Shown: positions 39,560-48,962 of the stretch, piece after piece | Layout of the letters: every line of letters begins with the position of its first letter | Numbering within the stretch: the first letter of the stretch is position 1 | NCBI GenBank assembly: GCA_965240325.2 | Contig: OZ251224.1 | Coordinates: 1,240,001 to 1,304,000, forward strand | Direction: 5' to 3' | DNA length: 64,000 bases | DNA from: Rebecca billardiae RCC1528 | Lineage: Eukaryota > Protista > Haptophyta | Program-made: the position numbers and the translations under genes | Notes under the pieces: model-generated | Databases searched by the model: none | Seen by the model: only the letters and a program-made list of their open reading frames with translations | What the model was told of the DNA's origin: nothing

Positions 39560-40085
39560 CGACGCAGACTGACTGACTGTCAGACTGAAGTCTGTCTGAA
39601 GCATGATATGGCCCGCCTTCATTGGCGCCGTTGCCAGCAGTACTACGTCCGAACGTGTCTCATCAGACGACCTACTACTATATATATCGTATATATAGCA
39701 GCAGCGCAGTGATATGATGGCCCGCGGTGCAGGGCGGAACGCGCAGCGTGGAGCCCGCTCCGTGGGCCCTAACCACGTTTCAAAAAGATCTTTGATCAAG
39801 AAAAAAGGGACGGGGGGCGATTTTTAGGGCTGGCGGTGACCGAGTTTCGATTTTTGAGACCCTCTCTACACATGCATTACGGAGAAATAACCGCGTCCAC
39901 GACATTCCCCTGTTCAATCGATGGACGGGACGTGAGCGGCCGTGACTTTAACGTAACGGTTCGTTACGAGCGATTTAGTTTGATAGTGAGATTGCCGCGA
40001 ACCGATGTGACAATGTACGTCCCTTGAATCAGTTGATCAACTATTCAATCGCGCCCTATCTGTATCAGGAGCCGACAAGGCAAGG

Positions 40086-40220
40086 GTCAGGCACTTGGTG
40101 TATCGGTCAGTGGTTTGAGGTTGGGTGAGGGTGGTGGTTGGTTGGGGGCTGGCCAGGGTAGGGCTGGAGGCTTCGGCCGCCAGTCTGATCACCCGGAGCC
40201 CGTTATAAAGGGGAATTTAA
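40086..40220 (+). repeat. Third copy of the foldback/MITE arm (uninterrupted)
   Basis: gtcaggcacttggtgtatcggtcagtggtttgaggttgggtgagggtggtggttggttgggggctggccagggtagggctggagg...ggggaattt closely matches the reverse complement of 33291-33423. Confidence 0.85.
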
Positions 40221-40947
40221 AAGTAGCAGAGGGCCCAAGCTCGGCGTATATCTCAATACTATCTGACGCGAACGGACTTGGTTGGGCGCGCGCGTGGCCC
40301 CGGGCGGCGGCCCACCAGAGGCGGCCCGCGTTTGGAGGCGAGCCACGGGCACGAGGCTCACGAGCGACCGACGGGTGAGGACGGCGATGGGCAGGTGCGC
40401 GCGGCGAATGGCGCCTGGAGCGCGCGGCTGCGGCGGGTCCCGACTGCCGTCGACATCGCGTTCGTCGTGCCCCCGCTCACTCCGCGCGCCCCCGCCGCCC
40501 CTGCCGCCCTGTCGATGCCTCGGCGCGGCCTTGCGCGGCCCCGGCGCGTCCGCGAGCCGGCGCCGCAGCCGCCGCCCTGTGTTCGGGCTCTCGCAAGCTC
40601 GGGGGCAGCGGCGCCTGATGCCGGACTGATCGATCTCTGAGCCTTCGACTTCACCACGCGCCGCCCTTGCCATGCCTTTCCGGGGTCTCCCAGAACTCTT
40701 CTTGATTGAGAGAGAGCAGGCGCGCCGACGATCCGAGTCCATCGTCGGTCGACTCTGAGCGAGGGCTACGCCTCGGAACTGAACGGTACTCTACGAGGAG
40801 GACGAGCTGCGCGGGCGACGGTGGTGCGTGACGTCCCCAGAGCTGGCCGTGCCTCTGCAACGCGTGCCGAGCCTGATCGAGGTGTGTCAGCTGCCCGTGC
40901 ACGCGCGGCGAGTGCGCGAACCGGATCACCGGTGCCCTCGCACCTCG

Positions 40948-41241
40948 GCACCGTGCTCCCTCGGGCTGTCAGCTCCGCGTGGCCTGGCGTGCACGTAGAG
41001 TTGCGCTCATGCGTCGATCACGCCTCGCGCCCGCCTGTCGGCCGTCGCGCAGGCGCTGGTCGAACCCTACTCGGACCAGTGCATCATCCCGGGCGCTGCC
41101 GGCGCGGGGGGTCACCCCGGGGACAGCGGTCAGCAGCAGCGGCCCGAACGAATCCGCGGCCCCGCACCGTGCTCCCTGGCTGTCAGCTCCGCGTGGCCTG
41201 GTGTGCACGTGGAGTCGCGCTCATGCGTCGATCACGCCTCG
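40948..41241 (+). repeat. ~80-bp direct repeat pair
   Basis: gcaccgtgctccct...gctgtcagctccgcgtggcctgg...gcgctcatgcgtcgatcacgcctcg at ~40948 and ~41164. Confidence 0.8.
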
Positions 41242-41779
41242 TCGCATCCGCCTGTACACAATCGGCGCCGCGCCGGCGGCTGCAATGGGCCCGCCCGGCG
41301 CGGCGGGCGGCGGCGCGCCGCTGGAGTCTAGTTGTACGGGCATATGCAACTGGTCTGTCAATAGACGACTGCGACGGAGGGTGCACCGCCACCGCGGGCC
41401 CTGAACTACGTTCGTTCTACGGAAAAGGACCGCGGAACGCGGTCATTATTCAGCGCACGCGCGACTACTATCTATATATTATTGTCGCGCTGTGCGCTGA
41501 ATAATCGTATAACGTTACTCTAGCGCGCCGCCCTGCGCGGATTTACTCTGCCGTCGTCGACGATGCCACTGATGACGTCGCGTCTGCTGATATGCGCTGG
41601 TTTGATGCATGTCGTTCAGTCTGCAGCATGTCAGTAGTCATCATCTGCGCTGATGGAGTAGTCTGCGAGTAGTATCTAGATTATTTAGATTACGCTGATG
41701 AGGCGCTGCTGGAGAACATGTATCAACGCGACGACTGATGACGATGAAAGTGCATCACAGTGCTGAGTTGTAGCAGTCA

Positions 41780-44089
41780 TCAGGCATCGTCGTCCTCGAC
41801 CTCATCAGGACCGGTATTGAACAGAAGGCAGCCCAGGCCGACGGCTTCTGCGTCTCGGTGTAAGCGCGCGAGCGCGTGAGCATAGAGCACACGGTCCTCT
41901 GTGAGCCGATCTTGGAGACGCACCGAGGCGGCGTGTCGGTCTGCAGCGCCCTCGATGAGTGTCTCAGCGACGCGTTCGCTCACAGCGGCGGCCAGCACGG
42001 GTCCCGCTTGCTCGCCATGCCCGGGCTGGGCTGCGATCCCGCTCCCGGCCGCGTCGTGCGCCTCGCTCCCGTTGCGCACCGGCCACGCCGAGCCCAGAGA
42101 TGAGCTCGTGCCCTGGCGCACCCTGGCGAGAGAGGTGTTGGAGCACACGCAGTCGGCCGGCAGGCCAACAGGCACAGCCATGCGCGCGAGAGCCACACAC
42201 ACCGATGCGCGCAGCTGCTCAACAACGCCCACGACGAACGCACCGTCCACAGCCGCAAGCGCCGCGCCGAGTGCTCGAGTAGCAGCGCCCTCGACCGCAC
42301 CGGCTTCACCCGGCGCGTCCGTGGCTGCGTCGCCCACGTGCAGCACCTGCGGGGAGCGGGGCGCGCGATGGCACTGCCAGGGCGGGACCGGCAGCGGCAG
42401 CGAGCGGAGCGCGCGCCGGCCCCGAGCGGAGGCGTCGCGGGGCCGCAGTAGCCACTGGCTGAGCGACGGCCAGCGGCGCTTGCGCACGAGCTCCCGGCAG
42501 GCCGCGTGCACGTCGAGCAAGTAGCCCGCGGGCTCGTGCAGCAGCAGGAGGAGCCGCAGCCCCGGCAGGCCCGCCAGCCCGAGGGCGTCTGCCGCGTGCG
42601 CGAGTGGCTCCGTGCTCGACGCGAGGTTGCACCCCGTGGGCAGCGCCACTGCGCCGAGCGAGCGGTTCGCGCCCACGCCCACCGCCCCGGCCTGCGCGCG
42701 GTCGCACGCCGTCCACAGCTCGGGCGAGGCGTATGCGCCCAGCTGCTCGAGGAAGCGCGCGGCCGCGGCGCCCCCGGCGGGCATGAGCGCGAGGAGGTGG
42801 AAGTTGGAGGCGGCAGCAGACGCGGCGGCTTGGGCCGTGCGCGGCGCGACGAAGAACTCGGGCAGCGTGCGGCGCAGGGTGGCGCGGTACGCGAGGGCGC
42901 CGCCGCACAGGTGCCTGATGTGCGCGAGCACGGCCAGGCTCGCGTTCAGCCCGAGCGTCCGCTCCCCGCCCATCATGAAGTGCACTGCCATGGCGCTCGC
43001 GCGCGCGGGCTGGAAGACCACCTTGCCCTTGAGCGAGTGGTGGCGCGGCCGGGGCTGCAGGGGCCCGCAGGGCAGCCCGTGCCGCTCGGCCGCGACCACG
43101 TGGTAGTCGGTGAGCTGGAACGCCACCGCGTCCGGGTGCGCGCCGAGCTGCGCCTCGAGGAGCTCGGCCAAGCCGTCGCGCGGCAGCGTGCCCGCGCCGC
43201 CCGGCGCAGGGCCTGACAGCTTCACGTACTCGTCCACGTCGCACGAGAGCAGCCAGCGCGCGTGGCCTCGGGTGGCGTACAACGAGTGCATGCCGTGGAG
43301 GTGCTGGTCGACGAACGGCTGCCGCCGCCCAAACCAGAACGGCACGATCAGCGCGCCGCGCGGCTCGTATCGCTCGCGCAGCGCGCGCACGTAAGACGTG
43401 TTGAGCGCCGCGCGGTCGTTCACGTACACGAGGGCGCGCTCGACGCCCAGGTGGGTGTGGTACGCCAGCCAGTGCCGGAGCGGGTCGGCCGCGTGCTCGA
43501 GCGTCGGTTGGTTCACGTACAACGCCGCCACGAGCCGCAGCGGGCGCGCGTGCCCGCCGAGCAGCGGCGCGTGCAGCGGCGCAGGCCCGAGGGCGATGGT
43601 CTTGCGCGCGCCCGCGTACTCAAGGCTGAGGTTGGCGCCGCGGCACGGTGGCTCGCCGCAGTCGGCGATGTGAATGCCGCTGTGGAAAAGGACGTGGCTC
43701 ATATTCGTCGGGCGGGTGACTACGCCGTCCGCGCAGCGCGCCTCCGGCGGCACAGGCGTGCAGCGCGCGTCAGCTGCATCAGCTCCGCTGCTCGGTGGAC
43801 GGAAGGCGCACGTCCACGGACCTGCGGGCAGCCGGTGCCCCCTCGGCAGCCCCGTGCCTGGCTCGGCGCTTGCATTCTCAGGTGGCAGACTGCGCACCAT
43901 GCAGATGGTCGCGTTGCGCGAGCTGATGAGGCAGTCGATGAGCTCCGGTCCGTCTGACGGCTCCTGGGATGTGTGATAGGGCGTCACCGCCGTCGTGCAC
44001 TCGTGATACCCGACTTCGGCAGGGAGGATCGGCAGGCAGAGCGCTGTGAGGAGCGCTATCCCAACCGGCGCGTGTCGGCGTGGCCCCAT
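41780..44089 (-). CDS. Secretory-pathway GT92/DUF23-like glycosyltransferase fused to a sulfotransferase-like domain
   Basis: N-terminal signal or anchor. WLAYHTHLGVERALVYVND and WLLSCDVDEYV (DxD) are GT-A motifs. C-terminal LLLHEP, FVVGVVEQLRASVCV and DRVLYAHALARL resemble Golgi sulfotransferases. Confidence 0.65.
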   Translation of the reverse strand: MGPRRHAPVGIALLTALCLPILPAEVGYHECTTAVTPYHTSQEPSDGPELIDCLISSRNATICMVRSLPPENASAEPGTGLPRGHRLPAGPWTCAFRPPSSGADAADARCTPVPPEARCADGVVTRPTNMSHVLFHSGIHIADCGEPPCRGANLSLEYAGARKTIALGPAPLHAPLLGGHARPLRLVAALYVNQPTLEHAADPLRHWLAYHTHLGVERALVYVNDRAALNTSYVRALRERYEPRGALIVPFWFGRRQPFVDQHLHGMHSLYATRGHARWLLSCDVDEYVKLSGPAPGGAGTLPRDGLAELLEAQLGAHPDAVAFQLTDYHVVAAERHGLPCGPLQPRPRHHSLKGKVVFQPARASAMAVHFMMGGERTLGLNASLAVLAHIRHLCGGALAYRATLRRTLPEFFVAPRTAQAAASAAASNFHLLALMPAGGAAAARFLEQLGAYASPELWTACDRAQAGAVGVGANRSLGAVALPTGCNLASSTEPLAHAADALGLAGLPGLRLLLLLHEPAGYLLDVHAACRELVRKRRWPSLSQWLLRPRDASARGRRALRSLPLPVPPWQCHRAPRSPQVLHVGDAATDAPGEAGAVEGAATRALGAALAAVDGAFVVGVVEQLRASVCVALARMAVPVGLPADCVCSNTSLARVRQGTSSSLGSAWPVRNGSEAHDAAGSGIAAQPGHGEQAGPVLAAAVSERVAETLIEGAADRHAASVRLQDRLTEDRVLYAHALARLHRDAEAVGLGCLLFNTGPDEVEDDDA

Positions 44090-45189
44090 CCTCGTGCGCG
44101 CCGCACGTGCCCGAACGCGCGCTTGCAGTGAGCTCGCTGGATCGATGGCGGAGTATTTCCGCCATCGATGGATCGTGATGTCATCGCCGGCGGCCCCCGG
44201 CCGAGCGAGGCACCGACGCGCCGTTGGGTACGATTGTCGATGGCTGCCCAGAAGTCATGATGCAGATCTCTGATCTTGGCAACACCATCCTCACAGCACG
44301 CGCCCAGGGAGTCTGAGCGGCTGGTAGCCCTTGTTCGGTGGTAGCCGGTACCAGCTCACCGCCTCGGCTGTGTCCTGCAGCACGCCATGGCCAAGGTCGA
44401 AGCACTGGCCCAGACAGAACTGCGCGTGTACGTTGCCCTGCTAGGCCGCCAGCCGATCCGCGGCGATGCGGTAGAGTCGCGCCGCCTCGCAGACGCCTCG
44501 CACAAGTCTTGCGCGATGTCGTCACCGGTCTCGATACGCCTCGCCCAAAGGAACGACGCACGTTATCCTAACGTCGTAGTCTCAGAGGGAGAGAGACGCG
44601 ATGATTCACGAGAGTAGGGGCGTGGTGCCGCACCGGCCTTCCGTCCAAGTCAATACCATCCGCCGGACCGGGCGTATTATTTGAACAAATCACGTTTAAT
44701 ATGAGGAAAGCGTCGTCGTAGTACTTGTAGCCGCAGCAATATCGATACAGATACTACGTCCTCAGGTAAGCCCTTGCCGCGAGCACTAGCTAGCAGACAC
44801 TATACGTAGCCTGCTGTGGGCAGTGCGGGTCTGCGGGTGGATTGCCGACATAGCTACGTTATTGTGAGAGTATACCAGTCGTAGACGATAGTATTCAGTA
44901 TATATATAGTTATTCGGTTACTAACGGCTACAGTACGAATATGTCGTTATTCCGTCCGCGATTTATGCATGCACGAAGGTGCGACGCTATATTACTGCAT
45001 CGCGTCATACTCATAAGCCCAAGGCCACTAGGCGTACACGGTAACTCGACGAGCAATGCTGCTAGCTCATTGATGAGGCTTGCTGACTGAGCAGACGCTG
45101 TGCGCTGATAGTCGTGCTGGTCTGCAGACAGTGAGACGGTCGCGCAGTCGTCGCGGCTAATCGGCGCGGATCAGAATTCATCAAGCTCG

Positions 45190-48100
45190 TCAGAAGCCCT
45201 TGAGCCGCTTGATCAGGTCGTTCGCCTCCTCTTGCACGTTCTCGTCGGACGCGTGCTCGCGCTTGGCGCGCTCGGCCGCCGTGCGCGCGCCGAGCTCGAC
45301 CGCCCGCCGCTTGAGGCTGTCGGAGCCCGCCACCATGTTGTAGACGGCGATGCACGCCTTCTGCTGCAGCAGCGCCTCCTTGGGATGCTTCTCCATCGCG
45401 CGCAGGATCGCCTGGAGCGCGCCCGCGTCCGCCGCCTTCTGCCCGCGCCCGGAGTCGAGCCCGTAGCACTGGCAGGCGACGACCTGGCTCGCCAGCCTCT
45501 GCAGGTTGGCCTCGTCCGGGAAGGCGTCCATGGCGGCCACGGCGGCGCGCAGCACGCCCGCCTCCTCGCCCTGCTTGTTGCGCGCGAGCGCGGCGTCGTC
45601 CTTGCCACCGAGCAAGTTGATGAGCGAGTCGCACCCGTCAGAGAGCACGTCCTTGTGCTTCGCGCTCGCGGTCATCGCGGCGACGACCGCGGAGATCGCG
45701 CCCGCCTCCGCGGCCTGCTGCTTGCGCGTGAGCGCGGCGGCCGTCGTGCCCCTGCACACGTTGGCGAGCGCCTGGCACGCCTTCTGGTGCACGCTCTTGT
45801 CCGCGGGGTGCGCGTTGATGGCGCTCACGACCGGCGGCAGCACGCCCGCCTCGGCCGCGGCCTGCTTGCGCGGGTCGCTGCTGTGGCAGATGTTGTGCAG
45901 CGCGCTGCACGCCTTGGCCTGCACCTCCGCGTGCTTGGCGTACGTCTTCATCGCGTGCACCAGCGCGTGCAGCGCGCCCGCGTCCACCGCGGGCTGCTCG
46001 GAGCCGTCCGGCCTCGTCTTGCCGATGAGCACGTCGAGCGCGCGCACGGCCGCGCCCGCGTTGATTGAGCTCTCGCTGGCGGCCGCCGAGTCGATGGCGG
46101 CGACGAGGCCCTTGAAGTCGAGCTTCTCGAGCTGCTCCTTCGTCAGCGCGGCGGTCGGGCCCGCGCCCGCGCCCGCGGCCGCGCCCGCGGCCGCGCGCGT
46201 GCCCGCGTCCGGGCCCAGCCGCTTCTGCAGCAGATCGTCCGCCTCCGCCTTCACCTTCTCGTCGCTCGGGTGCTCGCGCTTGGCGCGCTCCGCCGCGGCG
46301 CGCGCGCCCGCGTCGATCGCCTGCTGCTGGATCGCGCGCGCGGTGTCGTTCGTGCCCGAGCAGATGTTGTACAGCCCGATGCATGCCTCGATCTGGATCT
46401 TGGCGCTCTTCACGTGCGAGTCCATCGCGCGGACGAACGCCTTGACCGCGCCCGCGTCCGCCGCCGCCTTCTTGCGCGTGCCCGGGCCGAGGCAGACGGA
46501 CTGCAGCACCTTGCACCCGGTGAGCTGCATCTCCTCGAAGCCGGAGTGCTGGTCCATCGAGCGGATCACGGCGGGCAGCACGCCCTCGTCCACCGCCTGC
46601 TGCTTGCGCTTGTACCCCGCCTCGTCCTTGCCGTACATCACGTTGTACAGCGCGTTGCACGCCTTGGCCTGCGCGTTGGAGGACTTGGCGTGCCGCTCCA
46701 TCGCCTTCACGATGGCGCGCACGGCGCCCGCGTCGGCCGCGGGCTGCTCCGAGCCGGCCTGCTTGGTGCGTACGCCCACCTCGAACATCGCGGTGGACAC
46801 CGCGTCGGCATCCGGCGCGTTCTCCACGGCGGCGATCAGCCCCTTCCAGTCCAGCGCCTTGAGCTGCTCCTTGGTGAGCGCGACCGCCGGCTTCACGCCC
46901 AGCCTGTTCTTCAGCAGGTCGTCCGCCTCGGCCTTCACCTTCTCGTCGCTCGGGTGCTCGCGCTTGGCGCGCTCCGCCGCGGCGACGGCGCCCGCGTCCT
47001 TCGCCTGCTTCTGCACCGCGACCATCCCGGTGCAGATGTTGTACAGCGCGATGCACGCCTCCTTCTGCAGCTCGGCGCTCTTCGGGTGCTTGTCCATCGC
47101 GCGGACCACCGCCTTGACCGCGCCCGCGTCCGCCGCCGCCTGCTTGCGCGTGCCCGGGCCGAGGCAGACGGACTTGACGAGGCTGCACCCCTTGAGCTGC
47201 ATCTCCTGGTGGTCGGCGTGCGCCTCCATCGCGCGCATCACGATGGGCAGCACACCCTGGTCCACCGCCTGCTGCTTGCGCTTGTACCCCGCCTCGTCCT
47301 TGCCGTAGATCACGTTGATCATCGCGTTGGTCGCCTTGGCCTGCGTGCTCGCGGCCTTGGCATGCTTCTCGAGCGCCTTGATGATGGCGCGCACGGCGCC
47401 GGCGTCGGCCGCGGGCTGCTCCGTCCCGGCCTGCTTGGTGCGCACGGCCACCTCGACGACCGCGCGCTCGGCCGACTCCGCGTCCGGCGCGTTCTCCACG
47501 GCGGCCACCAGCCCCTTCCAGTCCAGCGCCTTGAGCTGCTCCTTGCTCAGCCCGCCGCCCGCCGCGCCCGTCGCCGCGCCCGTCGCCGGCGCGGCAGGGG
47601 CGGGCGTCGCCGGCGCGGCAGGGGCGGGCGACGCGGGCGGCGGCTTCGCAGGCGGCGTGCTCGGCGGCTTCGCGGGCGGCGTGCTCGGCGGCGTGCCGCC
47701 GCCCTCGCCCGCGCCCTGCACGAGCTCCGCCGGCACGCCCGTCTGCTCGAAGTCCTTGATCTTCTGCAGCAGGCGGCGCTGCCGAGGCTTCGAGTCGAGG
47801 CCCCAGCCGGCGAGGTCGTCAAGCTCGACGAAGGCCAAGTCCTCGCCGACGAAGCGCGACTTGCGCGCCATCGGCGCGATGTCCCCAAAGCTGAGTGCCT
47901 CGAGCAGCGCGCACACGCCCTCCACGTCGAGCGAGGCGAGGGGCACCACGCCCTTCGGCTTGGCAGCAGCGTTGGGAGCGCCGTCGCCGCCTTTGCCGCC
48001 GTCCTTCCCGCCGCGCGCGCCCGACTTTGGCGACTCGGGCCCCGTGTGGCTCACGGGCGTGGGCGCGCTTGGCGCGTGCGTCTCGCGCTGCACCATCCCG

Positions 48101-48729
48101 CCCACGAGCTTCACGAGCCCCAGCGCGTCCTCGTACGGCCGGTCGAACAGGCTCACGTCCTGCGGCGGGATGCTGTTCAGACCGCTGAAGTCTTGCAGCG
48201 CGTCGCGCCGGATGAGCTCGTACTTGTTGCGCTCGCGCGTGCTCGCGTTGGGCTTGAGCAGCTCGTCGAGCGGCCACTGCTCAGTCTTCTTTGGCGGCAT
48301 CGCGGGGTCGACGCGCACGGGCACGATGTCCACGCCGCGCTTGAGGGCGGCATGGATCTCGAGCAGGCACGGCAACGACCTGAAGAGCGCGCGCGTGAGC
48401 AGCACGACGAGCACCTTGGCTGTCGAGCGGTCACCATCGATGCGAAGCAGGAAGATGCGCCAGTCCTCACCCGGTGGGAGCATCAGCCCCGAGATGCACG
48501 GCAGCCCTGAGCTGAAGAAGAGCGAGATGAGGTCTCGCGCACGCCAGACGCCCGGGCCCGTGCCGTGCTCGTCTTGTTCGCGCTTGCCCGTCGCATACGA
48601 GAAGGCGATCTCCGGGTAGAAGTCGTCAAAGTTGTCCGTGGGCACCAGCGCCTGCAGCTCATTCTGCAGCTGCAGCACCGCGTCCTTTGTCGTCCGCTCG
48701 GGCGGCTCGCTCACCCACGAGGCCGACAT
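45190..48729 (-). CDS. TIR - SAM - armadillo-repeat protein (SARM1-like domains, reversed order)
   Basis: TIR-like: IAFSYA...GEDW...AKVLVVLLTRALFRSLPCLLEIHAALKRGVDIVPV. SAM: LDVEGVCALLEALSF...FVGEDLAFVELDDLAGWGLDSKPRQRRLLQKI. Then a Pro/Ala linker and three ARM modules (AGAVRAIIKALEKH...QAKACNALYN). Confidence 0.8.
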   Translation of the reverse strand: MSASWVSEPPERTTKDAVLQLQNELQALVPTDNFDDFYPEIAFSYATGKREQDEHGTGPGVWRARDLISLFFSSGLPCISGLMLPPGEDWRIFLLRIDGDRSTAKVLVVLLTRALFRSLPCLLEIHAALKRGVDIVPVRVDPAMPPKKTEQWPLDELLKPNASTRERNKYELIRRDALQDFSGLNSIPPQDVSLFDRPYEDALGLVKLVGGMVQRETHAPSAPTPVSHTGPESPKSGARGGKDGGKGGDGAPNAAAKPKGVVPLASLDVEGVCALLEALSFGDIAPMARKSRFVGEDLAFVELDDLAGWGLDSKPRQRRLLQKIKDFEQTGVPAELVQGAGEGGGTPPSTPPAKPPSTPPAKPPPASPAPAAPATPAPAAPATGAATGAAGGGLSKEQLKALDWKGLVAAVENAPDAESAERAVVEVAVRTKQAGTEQPAADAGAVRAIIKALEKHAKAASTQAKATNAMINVIYGKDEAGYKRKQQAVDQGVLPIVMRAMEAHADHQEMQLKGCSLVKSVCLGPGTRKQAAADAGAVKAVVRAMDKHPKSAELQKEACIALYNICTGMVAVQKQAKDAGAVAAAERAKREHPSDEKVKAEADDLLKNRLGVKPAVALTKEQLKALDWKGLIAAVENAPDADAVSTAMFEVGVRTKQAGSEQPAADAGAVRAIVKAMERHAKSSNAQAKACNALYNVMYGKDEAGYKRKQQAVDEGVLPAVIRSMDQHSGFEEMQLTGCKVLQSVCLGPGTRKKAAADAGAVKAFVRAMDSHVKSAKIQIEACIGLYNICSGTNDTARAIQQQAIDAGARAAAERAKREHPSDEKVKAEADDLLQKRLGPDAGTRAAAGAAAGAGAGPTAALTKEQLEKLDFKGLVAAIDSAAASESSINAGAAVRALDVLIGKTRPDGSEQPAVDAGALHALVHAMKTYAKHAEVQAKACSALHNICHSSDPRKQAAAEAGVLPPVVSAINAHPADKSVHQKACQALANVCRGTTAAALTRKQQAAEAGAISAVVAAMTASAKHKDVLSDGCDSLINLLGGKDDAALARNKQGEEAGVLRAAVAAMDAFPDEANLQRLASQVVACQCYGLDSGRGQKAADAGALQAILRAMEKHPKEALLQQKACIAVYNMVAGSDSLKRRAVELGARTAAERAKREHASDENVQEEANDLIKRLKGF

Positions 48730-48962
48730 GATGAGCCCCGACGATAGCCGAGCGCCCCCGGCCGCCGGGTCCAGCAGGCAAGCGCAGGAGTGGTTACACA
48801 GTCGTTACGTGACACCGCGGGTAAATGTCTCTACTGTATGTAAGATTTACTATGACGAACTAATCTCTAAATCATGTTCATCATTTTGGTCCAAAACTAA
48901 TATCCGGTATTCAAGGCTCGCTGAAAAGCCGCCGAGCACCCGCCCGCGGGTCGAGAACTCGA
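48730..48962. promoter_or_regulatory. Putative bidirectional promoter between the TIR-SAM-ARM and TRPM-like genes
   Basis: 233-bp head-to-head gap with an AT-rich core at ~48800-48915. Confidence 0.55.
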
